A stretch of 64,000 nucleotides of DNA from Hydrolagus affinis (taxonomy: Eukaryota), in NCBI GenBank assembly GCA_012026655.1, contig JAAILG010001545.1, positions 1-64,000 on the forward strand, given 5' to 3'. Each line of letters begins with the position of its first letter. Position 1 is the stretch's first letter. Shown in pieces: positions 51,601 through 64,000 of the stretch. The notes under the pieces are model-generated. The model did no database searches, was not told the DNA's origin, and saw nothing but the letters and a program-made list of their open reading frames with translations. Both the position numbers and the translations under genes were made by a program.

Positions 51601-54600
51601 AGTTCCCATAGCTGAACACATAGTTCACCCATGACACATAAGAGACCCCAGTGTCTCTTTAACGTCTCTACAAGATTTTGTTTCAAGAGAGTATAAGCCT
51701 GGCCTTTCATTGAAATTCCCTTTAACATTTCTCCAACTGAAATGTGGTTACTTTGGAAGAAAACTGCAGCAAACTCCCATATTACCAAAAAGCAGTAAAC
51801 TTACCGATGTAAAGTAACCGCTGTACAAGACAGTGAGTTGCATATTGTATCCTGGACCGTTTTTAAGTCACTTGAGTTTGGGTGCTATAAATGACCTAAA
51901 TACCCCACGGTCACAAAGGGAAACATTCTATTCCTTGCTGGAAGTTGAGTGTGAGAATTTCGGAGAAAGTTCTCACATGCAAGGAGAATTAGGATAAATT
52001 CTGAATGCTCTCACGTGAATAATAAGCACTGAGGGCACCGGAGGATGTCCAGTGCTCATGGTACTGTGACACAGCATGAGTCAGCACCTTGAAGCGAGGA
52101 GGAAAGAGAGATTTGGCAAATTTAAATCTGCAGCAAAACATGTTTCCCTGATTCATCAATAGAGTGAGTGTGAGATTATGGGAGCGGCTGACTAACCTCT
52201 GTGAAATGTGGACGTGTATGTGCATGGCGTTCAGCTGAAAAGTAATGATTCTGCAGTCAATAACTGCTCAGTGGTTATCACCTGAGCCATTATCGATTGG
52301 GATCACTCAGCACCTGCAACAGTCGAGAAGGAATTGGCAAAATAAATGGAACTGGGAAACCGACCAGAGTTTGCCAAGATTTTAACCATCTGTCTTTAAA
52401 CAGATTTACCAATAATTTCCAAACAAAGTTCTTCCAGCATAGCCTTCAGTCTGCATTTGCAAACTCCCATCCTTCTCTGCACACATATACCTACTGATAT
52501 TTTTTTTTGGGAAAAAACACAACTAACTCAGCACAGACTGAATGGACCAGAGAACATTTCTTAAAATTGGTTTAATGCGATATTTTAAAAATAAAAAAAT
52601 CTTCTGAACCAATTTAAAATCTCAGAATGTAAATCCCCAAAATGACATTAGTCTGGGCTGTATAGACCAATAGTATCGGAGCTTTGAGACATTTATTCTA
52701 ACTTATTTTTCCAGCTCTGTGGGTAGTCCTCCCGACGTGAAAAGCGCAATACAAATGTAATTTTATTGTGGTTGTATATGAGTGTAAGTCGTTGTAGCCC
52801 GTTTCTGAAACAATCTTAATATAACATTACCAAACAGCAGTATACCTGAGATTTTGCAATACTGTGTAAGCTGATGGCAGCAGTGATATGTATGATTGAT
52901 CTTGATAGGGTCTTGCATTGTTTAGTAAATGTAATTGGAGATATAGGTGTTAGTCAGATTGAGCTTGAAATAAATGTACAACATTTGAATCTTCTGTGGA
53001 AGCAGAGGTGCTGCAATAAACCTCAAGAGGTTAATATGGGTCAAATTTGCAGTACAAAACTGTTCCTGGGTCCTATTTAAGGAACCATTTCAGGAATACC
53101 ATAATTTCAGGAATACCATCATCTCTCAGGTTAAGTGGATTGCTCCACCAAGGTCCGAGTTGGACATTTTTTAGACAACAGTTTTAGTTAGTAAATTTTA
53201 AGTCCCACTTTGGACTCTAGATTATTATCCTTGTTTACTTTTGCTTTCCTAGTGTTTATCTGCCAAGCGGGCCTGAAAACCATACTTTCCTAGGCCAAAA
53301 CCTTAACTTGTGTTGATTGCCCCAGAGGTTTTGGGTTAGTCACACAGTCACAGGGACATAGCTGATTTTTGTTAAACGCTAACAGAACAATCACTTCAAA
53401 TTAACCGAGGTGAAGTCCTTTGAGATGCAATCAGGTATTAAATTAAATAAATGCAAGTATTGGTATTATGAGTAGGAAATCATGCTTTGAGACTGGAAAT
53501 CCCTGTGCAAATATCCGTACAATAAACTGCTTTGTTATTACTGTATGAAATAGTTTTGTACACAGGAGACATGGAGCAAATAAATACGTTTTTTTGCAAT
53601 TATAGATTTTGGAAATAAATAAACTGCACTGAAGTTTAGTTCCAGTAGATGCGACTATCTGTCGTCTGATCCTGTATCTGATTGTGATCTTGTGTGGTCT
53701 GTGATGCTCTTGTACCTTTTAAAAATGCTTTGCAACAACAACATTCTGTTGAGAAAGGGTGTATTTCAAAGATATGGTTTCAAGTTCATGTTGTTATGCA
53801 GAAGATACGGCACAAGATGGGGTTAGTTTAGCTCTGTGCCAGAGCATACGTCCTTGAACAGAGATGTCATTACTGCGGACTCAGCAATATCACAGGGGCA
53901 ATGAATTGGAGGAAGGAGGATTTAGTCAATACCATTCTTATTGTGAAGAATTTAATATTTTTCCAACATCACACACACACATACTACCTGCTTCCTTCCT
54001 TAATGAGCGAAACAATATATGGGAAATAATACATACATAATTATATAGGAACGTAAGAAAATAGGAACAGGAGGAGGCCATTCAGTCCATCAAGTCTATT
54101 CCACATTTATTAAATCTTGTGAGATTTTTATTCCCAGTGCCCTGCCCTTTGATTGAGTGTTTGCCTTTGGGTCAGTTCGGGGTTAGATTTGTGTTTACAG
54201 TATCGCATTGAATGTTTGCAGGTGACTTCATTCCCCTGACAAAACTCAATGGTGATGGCCATGAGGCTGAGTCCTTGGTGTTGGACTTCTGGATTTGGTG
54301 TTTTCAGAGATATCAATTGTGCTACTGTTTGTTTTTTATAGTGATTCAATATATAGTGCTTTTTATGCTTTTATAATACTGCACTGGACCTGGGATCTAG
54401 TGAAACCAGATACGATGAGACTGAAGTAAAACATCCAGCATCTCTTTCCACCTATTATGTACCCAAATAAACTAATATTCCTGTTGAGATGACAACAAAA
54501 TCTGACAAAATGACTGCATTGACTAACATAATTCCATCTTTAAGAGCATTCTTTCCACTTTATCCTTAAGACATAAATATTTGGATCATAGTGGTCTTTG

Positions 54601-54912
54601 GAGTCCTGTAGCTCAGAGGTTAGAGCACTCGCCTTACAAACGTGAGACTTGTGTTTTGAATCTAGGCAGGTCAGGGTGAAACCTTGGGCAAGTTTCCTTA
54701 CTCCACATGCCACAATAATAATCTGTCCCCAAAAAACCTATAATAAATTGGTCATTTCAATCGACGACTGTTTGTGGGTCACTGATGTGCGCAATTGGCT
54801 GCTGCGTTTCGCCCACAAATATGCAGTCAATTCATTTTACAGTATATTCTGTGAAGCACTTTGAGACATCTAGAAGATGTGAAAAGCGCTATATCAAATG
54901 CAAGGATTATTA
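54601..54912 (+). mobile_element. Full-length tRNA-derived SINE with L2-type tail (SINE2-1_CM-like); best-preserved copy
   Basis: Head GAGTCCTGTAGCTCAGAGGTTAGAGCACTCGCC (box A), a degenerate box B, a body shared with more than ten fragments in the window, and the tail AAAAGCGCTATATCAAATGCAAGGATTATT. Family name from recall. Confidence 0.92.
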
Positions 54913-54919
54913 GTATTCT

Positions 54920-55198
54920 TATTCTTTCAGATAAGGTGTTAAATCACAGCTTTGTCTGCCTGACCAGGTGGATGTCAAAAACCTCAAGGTACTATTTGAA
55001 AAGAGAAATGAGTTTCCCCTAATGAACTGGCCAACAATCCCTTCAGTAAAATTGATCATCGCTTCATGCCCGTTTGTTAAGATATTGCTGTGCACAAATT
55101 AGCCCATTTGCCTACAAATTCAGTCGTTACATTTACAGTAAATTCTGTGAAATGCTTTGAGACATCCTCCTAACATGAATTTCAGGAGGATTATTATT
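54920..55198 (+). mobile_element. Deu-domain SINE 3' two-thirds
   Basis: GTCTGCCTGACCAGGTGGATGTCAAAA, ACTATTTGAAAAGAG, CTGGCCAAC and GGATTATTATT. Confidence 0.8.
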
Positions 55199-56830
55199 GT
55201 TAATTGTTACTTGTATTTTTATTGTATCATACCACATCAAAACATCTCAAAACGCTTTTTGTAATTACTGTCAAGTACAGTGATTGTTTTGTAAGCAAAT
55301 TAGAGATCTATTTTGCATGTCCCTTAGAAAAACTATGTGGTGAATGACCAATTTATTTCGGGAATTATTGGCCAATGGCTAATAGGCTGCAAAATCGCAA
55401 CCAAATCGTCAATAAAATGCTTTGTGCATTTTTTTAAAAATCACAGCACGTAACATGGAGATTTAATGCTACTGTCCAGTCATTTTTACCCCGTGCATTA
55501 ACATTTGAGTGCATTATTGGTATAAATTCATAGCAACTGAAGAATTAATATACATAGGTGGTCCACTGCAGGGGTCTTTCAAGAGTCTTGGCAGCGTTCT
55601 AAACACTCGAAACTTGGTAATGAATCTGTAGAAGGTTGTGCTGCGATTTCGGTTTGCTGATTTTCATGGGTCAGCTTTACTGACATGTTGTGTTGGGACT
55701 TTCTCACATTACCCGAAACACCTGGCTAGCTATTATAGTGAAAATTCATCCAGCTCTTGCAATAAAATGGTAGAGGCACATCTGGAATAAGACTCTGATT
55801 CAGATCGGTATTGGAGGCGCTGACATGTACAAACTGCGATGAATACTGCATGGATCACAATGATTTCAGTGATGCTGGGTGATGGGGTTGAGGGAGAGGA
55901 AGTCAGGTATGTTGTCTGGCAAAGGAAACAAGATAAGAGGAGAAATTCCACCTGAGTCTATGTACTCTGAATTATGTGTGAAATTTGGCAAATTGTTAAA
56001 TTTGGTCTTTTGAGGCTGCTTTATTTTTCAATGAATGGACAGAAAACCAGCTTCAAATATAATTTAAATCAAAGAAATATGAAAAGTTATGAAAATAGGG
56101 TAAAGCTGGAGACCCAGGTGGAATGTCTTATCTCATGTGTAAATAGTGGAGAGATGTGAATAAATTAATATTCTGGGGAATTTATACATATAGGACTCAA
56201 CCACCACCATGTTTATTATCTGGGATTTGAAAAATGGCCAAATTTCCATTAGAATTATTTTGGGCTCATGGTAATTTTAATTCTACTTTATCCATTTCAA
56301 ACATTCAGCACTGCACTAGCTTTTTTAAAATCAATTCTAATGTTTTACTGTATTCTCCCCCCCATCCCCCCCTCCCACCCAATGCTGAGAATAGAGTGGC
56401 TTTGAAGCATTCACGTAATTCGTTCTTCTTTTGCTCCCTCTATAAACTCGATAAAGTGCATAGTCAGTCTATCTGGAAAAGATCTGATTTCAGCCTTTAC
56501 CCTGCTGAATAAACATAAACGCCATATGTTTAGCACAACAAATACTGTCATTAGCACTTCAAAAAGGCTGAAACAATAATAATCGTGCAAGCCAGAAATT
56601 CATGTTTGCAGGCAGAGTGGCTCTTTTACATCACCAAAGAAAGCAAATGGGATGTGAACGGTTCAATAGCTTAATTTTCATATGAAAGCTGGAACACAGA
56701 GAGCACTGTTTTGAAATTCTCCAAAAGCGTTCTCATTGTAAAAATCAGAGCAGATTTCTACTTTTGTTGCCATTTGCGACTGTACTGAGCTGACCTTCTC
56801 TCCTCCCCCATTGCTTTTCTATTGATGTAG

Positions 56831-56862
56831 GCCTTTATGCGCGCACACTTCCAACCCTCCCC
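56831..56862 (+). other. Candidate 32-nt internal exon of an unidentified + strand host gene
   Basis: Branch-point-like CTGAC at 56790-56794, a pyrimidine tract with no intervening AG, acceptor TAG ending at 56830, and donor CCC|GTGAGT at 56863. CpGs retained in the exon; flanks are repeat-free. Confidence 0.55.
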
Positions 56863-58165
56863 GTGAGTCCCTTTAAATTCCGACTCCACTCTTTGTTGCT
56901 GACTACAAGTTGACTTTTTCATGTTGTAAAAAGAACATTTAGATTCTTTGCTCTTTGTTTATTCACTATTTGATTTGTTTTAACCAATTCCATCTTAAGT
57001 TAAACAGCTCACATCATGGGGTGAAAAATGGTACATTCAATATGAATGTGATCCCTGGTGATATTGTACTGAATGATTTTTTGCCTGTGGTGTCCTATTG
57101 CTAGTTATACTCCGACAACCCCTCCCTACACACACACACATTTATTAAATGGATGCATCTAAAGCCACTTTAGCAACCTTTAATCTGGCCCACAGCACCA
57201 AATACCACTCTCTGCTTTGCAAATTATGGCATTTCAACAACAAAATTTGTTTTTACATTTGTTTACATTTCAGTGCTGGTTCATGATATACCAGCAGCAT
57301 TTTAAAAGACACTATTTTCGTGACCAAGTCAAATTTTTCATCTAAAAGTGTTTACAACTAAGAGAAATGAATGTACAAAGAAAATCTTTTATAATGTGGG
57401 TTTGCTTATAGCACGATTAGAGTGTGGACATTGACATTTACTTACCAAAAAATCCACTATGTGTCCAGAAAGCTGGACCAACTCATGTCAAACCAGCTGC
57501 TGGCTTTCTACACACACTAACAAATTGCCAACTTCCTAAAAAATGCCAACTTCCCGCAGGAAGCTGGCCAGTGTTCTGTTAGTTTGCGTGGTGACTACTG
57601 AAGTGAAGACTGTCAATCACTTCACATACTACCACTCGATCGTTATGATTTTATGGCTTCCCCCCCACCCCTCCACCCCCTTAACATCCGAATTGTAATT
57701 GGGCTTAATTGTAAGTAAACTTGCTCCCATTACAAGCATTGCCACCCCAAAACTGAGATTTATACGGTTGTCCATCCACCGATGAGTAACACTAACAATA
57801 CTCCTTGAGTTTCATATTGGGAGAACTTCTTAAAGCACTTCCCAGAGTATCCTGTAAAGTGTAATAACTGTGTGGTATTTTTTGTGGTATGCAGAGTAAA
57901 TCCAAGTAGTGTACCACATAAAGTAATAGAACTGAAACCATGATGAAACTTAAGATAACAATTTATCAAATAACAGTGTCAAGAAGTACCGTTGGCAATG
58001 ATCAGCATGAGTTCTCAGTGTAAGCCGCAGTAAATCCTGCCCTGCTTATTACTGCTGTAATTAGAATTTGATTTGCCTGCTTAAAAAACAATGACAAGAC
58101 AGTGCTACACCATGTTGATTTGCAGCCTTGGCTTCGATTGTGTTCAGAAATGAATCATTCGGCTA

Positions 58166-58320
58166 CAGCACAGTGCAGGCTCTCACAGCACAGCACAGCA
58201 CAGGCTCTCACAGCGCAGCGCAGGCTCACACAACGCAGGCTCGCACAGCACAGTGCAGGCTCTCACAGCGCAGCGCAGGCTCACACAGCGCAGGCTCGCA
58301 CAGCACAGTGCAGGCTCTCA
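58166..58320. repeat. GC-rich minisatellite with a higher-order 55-bp duplication
   Basis: 15-25-bp variants of CAGCACAGTGCAGGCTCTCA. 58211-58265 and 58266-58320 are identical at 54 of 55 positions. Confidence 0.95.
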
Positions 58321-60227
58321 CCACAACATTGAAGGGATTCTCACTTTTCTTTTATGGTGTGTGAACTTTGGTTAAAGTTCACTAATCTTTACATATGTGT
58401 GCGAGCACGGTGCTGTCCCTAAATCAGTGAACTCTTATCGTGGTTTGCAACCCTAGAACAATCCAAATGGGTTCAATCGCATGACAGGTGCAATGGTATT
58501 TGGTTAAAAGAGCTGCACCCCAGGTTGGTGCTCCCAGCACAAATTAGGTTTGTTTAGAAACATTGAGGTTTATTACGCTAGTTGTGTAAACCAAGTGCAG
58601 TATGTTTGGTTTGCCTACATTTACACAGTCACTACACTATAGTATATACTGCACTATATCAAATGTCAGGATTATATTATTAATATTATCCTACCCTTTT
58701 GAAAATGTCTAAGGCAATTTCCCCTCTCCACCCCCACCACCGCTCCATCCCACATCAGCATCAAAATACTACCCTATAAATGTTACCTACATGAAGAGTG
58801 TTATACAAATGCACATTGTTGTTGTACAGTAATATTCTTCAAAGACATTGAAAAATTCATATCAGTCTTGTATACTTGCCGTCCCCTGTGCTAAACATTG
58901 ATTTGCATTTGTGCTCACTAAGCAGTTCAAATGAGCTATTTAAGATGACTGGGATGTCACCAACCTATATCACTTTATGACCAAGTCTTATCAATCATTT
59001 GTTCTTTTAATAATACATGAATGTGACTATGGAAAGGCCCCGAACATTCCAACGGTCGGTATTTATATTGCAAAAACAGGTGGGGCATATTTATAAATGC
59101 TGTACCAAGCTGTCGACCTGTCAGAATCAAACTTTCTCACCACTTTCCCATAGTCATGCCGAGATATACAGAGTACCTGTCGAAACTGGCAGTCAGGTCC
59201 TTAGTTGCAAATTGCAACCTTTCTGTTCGAAAAGGTGAAAGCCATTAGAATATCCTAAAATGATAGCATGTCAAACATCTGTCCCCACTTTCTCATTGTT
59301 CCTAGGAACCTAATTAATGCTCTGTCATTTCAGCCAAGCCCCAGCAATGAACAGCCATCATGTGTGCCAGGCAGCTCCGCACAACAAAAGGAATTCCTTT
59401 GGGTCTTGTCATGACATCATTTCTGCAATGTAACCTCGAATAGTGTAAAATGAAGCTGGTATTTATACATGGGTATTATAAAGGCCTTCCATGTCAACCG
59501 TGAGATGACAAGATGTCAGGTTCAATCACTATATAGGATCAGGACCCCTTTTTCTGGCTCCTTTTCATGATAGTAACCAAAAATAAATTGAAAAGGCATT
59601 GAGGCAGAGTATATTTCACGCACTGATGCAGATGTTTCATATCTCATGATCCCTAAGAAAACAATGCAGCAAACTAATTAGTTTACAGCGTTTAAGTAGC
59701 TTGGTTTTGATCTTTAATCTTCCCTGTGTAATACAGTGAACAAAGCCTATTAAGACTGCATACAATGCACTTGCCTGCTGGGATAAAGGAAAAAGCATGT
59801 GGTGCTTGGAACCCTCTCGATACAACCTTTGCCATTCCTTACAGCCACCGGGTCTTCATTGGTCATTTTTGTTCTAAACTGAGAGAGGTCACATTTGCCC
59901 AGGCCATTGAATCTTACTGAATCTTCATTGATCTAGACTCAATAGCAGGCTTTTCTGAAAAGACCCTTCGAGGTATTTTACTGCACTTAGCTTTTGTCTC
60001 TTGTGACACCAGTCTGCTTCAGTCAAGTACCAACAAATTAGTAATTACTTGCAAGATTGTTTTTTAAATTGCTTCTTAGTTTCTGGCTTTCTGAAGTTTA
60101 AGTAAATGTATCTACTGTACAATTATTCTCAACAGGATAGCTATTCAAAAACCAGAAAGAGACATAGTGGAAGGAGATGTGGTGCATCCCCCATTCTTCT
60201 AACTGATACAGTAGGAGGAATAATGAT

Positions 60228-60500
60228 AATAATAATCTTTACCTTTGATCCCAATGTTTTTCACATTGGGAGCAAACCTCAAAATGCATCACAGAATACA
60301 CTGCAAAGTAGAGTGACTGCTACGGGTGATCTAGGCAGTTGATTTGCTCACAGCAATGTCAGCCATGAAGGGAATGGATCAATTTTATTATTTTGGGTGA
60401 TTATTGGCCAGGACACTGGGAGAAACTCACTTTACTTTTCGAATAGTACTGTATCGTGGGATCTTTAATGTCCACCTGAACAAGGGCTCAGTCTAACATC
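60228..60500 (-). mobile_element. Deu-domain SINE 3' part
   Basis: AATAATAATCTTTAC tail and TTGGCCAGGACACTGGGAGAAACTC..GGGATCTTTAATGTCCACCTGAAC core in antisense. Confidence 0.8.
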
Positions 60501-60803
60501 TACTCAAGTACTCTGATGAATTTCTTCTAGCTGGAGAGATCAGACTTTCAAAATATCTCTCTGATGCAATTCATCTCCAAACCAGAACCAAACAACATCA
60601 ACATTTAATTGTTGGAGTAACAAGAAAAAATGATCTTTCTGCAGTACTATCAAAATCTAATAAGTTTATAGTGTGGATTTTGCATCGTAGAGTAAAATCA
60701 AGGTGGTACACTCCATGCTTGGATTTGAGATTTGTATCCGAGAGCTATAGCAGGTCAGCTGTAAAGGTCTATGTGCCCCATATGATTTCTATAAACTTGA
60801 TAC

Positions 60804-61512
60804 AAACAACAACAAAATTACACTTGTATTGCACCTTTCACATTAGGAGGACATCCCAAGGCCCTGGGCAGTCTGTTTCAGACCCGAGCTGGGGACAGGG
60901 AGGTGGAGGAAAAGTGGGGGGATTTGGAGTGACCGATGCAACTGTTGAAGAGGAGGGTGTTGAGGCGAGGGGGCGAGGTGTTGGTGACTGTGGGATGGAG
61001 TTCCAGGTTGGGGGCAGAGTAGCTAAAGGCCCACCAATGGTGGGATAGGTGGATCTGGGGACATGCAGCAGGCTGGAGCCAGAAGTAGCAAAAAGACAAA
61101 GTTGGCGGGTGAGCCTTCAGCCATTCTGCCCCTAACCTCTGGAATTCCATCCCAATGTCCCTCTGCCTCACCCCTCCCTAACCTCCTTCAAGTCCCGCCC
61201 CCTCAACACCCTCCTCTTCGATGGTCCCATCGGTCACCCCAAATCTCACTCTCCCTGATCTGATCCAAATCTCATTCTCCCCGGTCACCCCAAATGAAAT
61301 ATTGACTGTCCAGCGCCTTCAGACGTCCTTCCGTGGTGAAAGGTGCTCCATAAATATAATTTTGTTATTGTGTTGTACCTCTCTGCCCTTCCTCTTCCCA
61401 ACCCTGCCCCCCCACCACCCCTCCCGCTCGGGTCCCGACCCCTGCCTGTTCAGCGCTTTGGGACTTCCTCCCAAAGTGAAAGCCACTCTATAAATGTAAT
61501 TATTCTGTTGTT
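60804..61512. mobile_element. Cluster of three L2 3' fragments: minus 60804-61045, plus 61100-61372, plus 61375-61512
   Basis: Minus ORF has WAFSYSAPNL; the plus copy has GCCTTCAGCCATTCTGCCCCTAACCTCTGGAATTCC (AFSHSAPNLWNS). All three end in the same L2 tail as 41340. Confidence 0.88.
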
Positions 61513-64000
61513 TTAGGTGGAATGCATAGGATTCTCAGATTAGTTTGGATGGTGATAGGTTTCCGTGTTAAGGTACCCGGCTGACCACCCCAAAAATTGT
61601 TGCATTCACCTCTCTGAAATACTCCTGACAATTGCATTCACATTGGCAAAATAATTCTTGCTTAATTTTCCTTTGAATACCAGTCAATTATAATGTACTT
61701 TCTGTAGCTATAAAGGGGCCACAAAAAACATCAACGGTGTATTTCAAGATGATTGATATTTGAACTTCCACCTAACCCTTGGCAGCATTCTAGATTCTTG
61801 GTGTTCCTTATTAATTGGGATCTGACAGTCTATCTGACACAACGGTGGCTAGCAAGTTGTTGTATCTCTATAGTTACTGTCTCATTCCCTTGACATATTT
61901 CTTGTGCTACCAGACTCCCAGGTTTCTCCGCTAATGACTGTGAAGGTTTCTGTCTGTGCTAATGACCCTGAAATCCTCATGTTCCTTATGCAGAGCGACA
62001 GGCTTTAATAGACATAGTACAAGGCACAGGACTCAGCAATCTTTTGGATGGTAACTGTTGGTAGAAATGAGCTTCTTGCCCTTTCAACTCATCTGCTTCC
62101 TTTAGAGGCTAACCATATTGTATTATAATTATTGAGCCAGACCAGTAAGATTCCCATGTGTACCTAATGGTATGCTGATGTCGGTATAGGAAAAGGGCAG
62201 CAACCTTCTCACTTAGGTATTCTGTGTATCCTATTGAAGATGCATTAACAAAGGGGGGAGGGAAGATATTGCCTTGAGCAAGCTCTTCAGGATTGTAGTG
62301 GTGTACAGTGATGTAACCCTCACTTAGCAATTATTTTGTTGTTTCACACTGAGATGAAGCCCTCAGTTGTCCTGTAAGCAGCCAGCACCCAATCCCCTAC
62401 CCGCAGCTACAATTAATGCTGAATGGTTTTAGCCGTGTCTCATCAGACGAGGTGGACAGCAATTGCAAAGGAGCCAGACATAGCGTCTCCATGGGTTACC
62501 GACATGAGCAAATATTTGAACATTGTGTGGGCAGTTAACAGCTACATACATCCTCATTCAAAGCGAAATGCAGAAAGGGCTGAAATGATGTGATTTCCAC
62601 TTCATTAAATGTCTTGTCCGTCAGGCAGGACAAAGCCTCTATCTAAATTAAGTCCACGTTGAAATGTCTATCTCTAGCAAGTTCTTAGAATAATAGTAAG
62701 CTGGCTTTCTCAGTTCAACGAGCTTGCAGTTGACAAGGGGATGCAGCCAGGACTCTGGGTATGCAAGGTAATGTATGTAAAATACAGTGACAGAAGCTGA
62801 AAAGTATACACTCAATTTGGAAATGGCTCGTAGTTTCGGTTTCTATTTGCATACATTTCTGCACAAGAGGTGTGAGGTTGAAAAATCAATAGAAACAAAC
62901 CCCTGGGTAAATATTGCGGTAGATGATTTTAAACTCTTCAGGTTTAGAATGGAATAATAAATAGAACACAGACATATGATCGCTGGAGATTTGTTATTTG
63001 ATTAAAGACTCATTGGGCTGAGTTCCCCTTTGGTATGCTATTCATTTTCCAAGCTTTACTTTGGATGCGGGTGCTTTATTTTAGGTTGGACAGTTTTGAA
63101 GGTTTGTATTTCTTGATGTAGAATCTTAATTCCATTGAGCTCATCTTCATTTCTTACTCAACTGAAATGAAATACTAAACTGTTTAATAATATGTTATAG
63201 AAATCTGTAATAACCTTTCCATCACCCAATAACTGTGGTAGGAACTAACATGCACATAGTCCATCCCTCTACTGTTACAGCATACAATAAGACTGAAACA
63301 AGCAGGATTTTTGTCTATTCTTCCTCAATTTCTTTCATTGGTTGTACATTTCCTTTTCGGTAGTATAGAGGATAATATAATAAAATGTATCCAATGGTCA
63401 CATTACCTCAACATTTTTGAACATGTTCATAAGATCCGCCAAAGGGTAGACTTATTACAAACAGTCCTCTTATTACTGTGTGCTGTCATTCAGTTGGTCT
63501 ATCCATGTATATTATATCTGTTTACAAACCACAGGCAAATTATACCTGTGCTATCCGCATTGTGGCTTCTGAGGAGAGGATAAGCGGGAAAAAAAGTGTT
63601 ATGGAAAAATTGGAAGTGTCCCCCAGGTTCACACTGTTCTTTGGCTGAGAGAATGGGATGATCTGCTCTGTGGGTAGCTGCATGGAGAAGATGTGTGATA
63701 CTCACTTGATTGATCTACCGGGGGAATTTGTCTTATTGTCAGTCACTGCTGACCACATCAAGGAAGAAAGATGCTAGGTGTGTATTACATGAGTTAGGCA
63801 GAAAAAATGAATTTGGTTCAACTGTTGGGAATAATTTTACCTCATTTCATGCGATGCCTGCCAGATTTACTGTGTGGATTGTGTATTGTGTGCATGAAGT
63901 ATGAAAGGCTGGGAATTACGCAGCAGCAGTGTACAACCAGCCTGCGAGGTGACTCACTCTTGAAGGGTCTTTGGGAAGAAGCCAGTCCAGCTCCAGAATT

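Noticed and set aside
54601-54675. tRNA gene
   Set aside because: It is a SINE head: box B is degenerate, there is no clean cloverleaf, and it runs into a SINE body. The same applies at about 37010-37087, 42135 and 44663.
58166-58320. CRISPR-like array
   Set aside because: No unique spacers; a simple tandem repeat in a vertebrate genome.
58102-58364. Repetitive ORFs (AQCRLSQHS.., STVQALTAQ..)
   Set aside because: Translations of the minisatellite.
195-63904. The ORF track as host protein-coding genes
   Set aside because: All ORFs are 126 aa or shorter with no recognisable host domains. Recurrent peptides such as YIKCKDYY are SINE tails, and the others with motifs are LINE remnants.

Overview
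This is vertebrate nuclear DNA, non-coding throughout as far as I can read it (a large intron or gene desert), with one 100-N assembly gap at 25368-25467. The repeat complement points to a cartilaginous fish, most likely a holocephalan such as Callorhinchus milii; that assignment is inferred from recalled repeat families, not from a search. No ORF in the supplied track is a recognisable host protein. The ORFs with protein-like motifs are decayed LINE fragments (L2, CR1, RTE). The window holds many tRNA-derived SINEs of at least four types, TIR DNA elements (a hAT MITE with a perfect 8-bp TSD and two Tigger-like MITEs), a Penelope-type foldback with a hammerhead-like core, a probable non-autonomous Helitron, a perfect 54-bp palindrome that looks like a 50-bp micro-MITE, and a higher-order minisatellite. 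Repeat-free blocks carry candidate regulatory motifs (DR5 and DR2 retinoic-acid elements, CTCF, PBX-HOX plus MEIS). The best host-gene signal is a 32-nt + strand exon candidate at 56831-56862, but I could not identify the gene. I see no evidence for a new multi-gene system; the findings are element-scale. Repeat boundaries are approximate unless a TSD or TIR is quoted.
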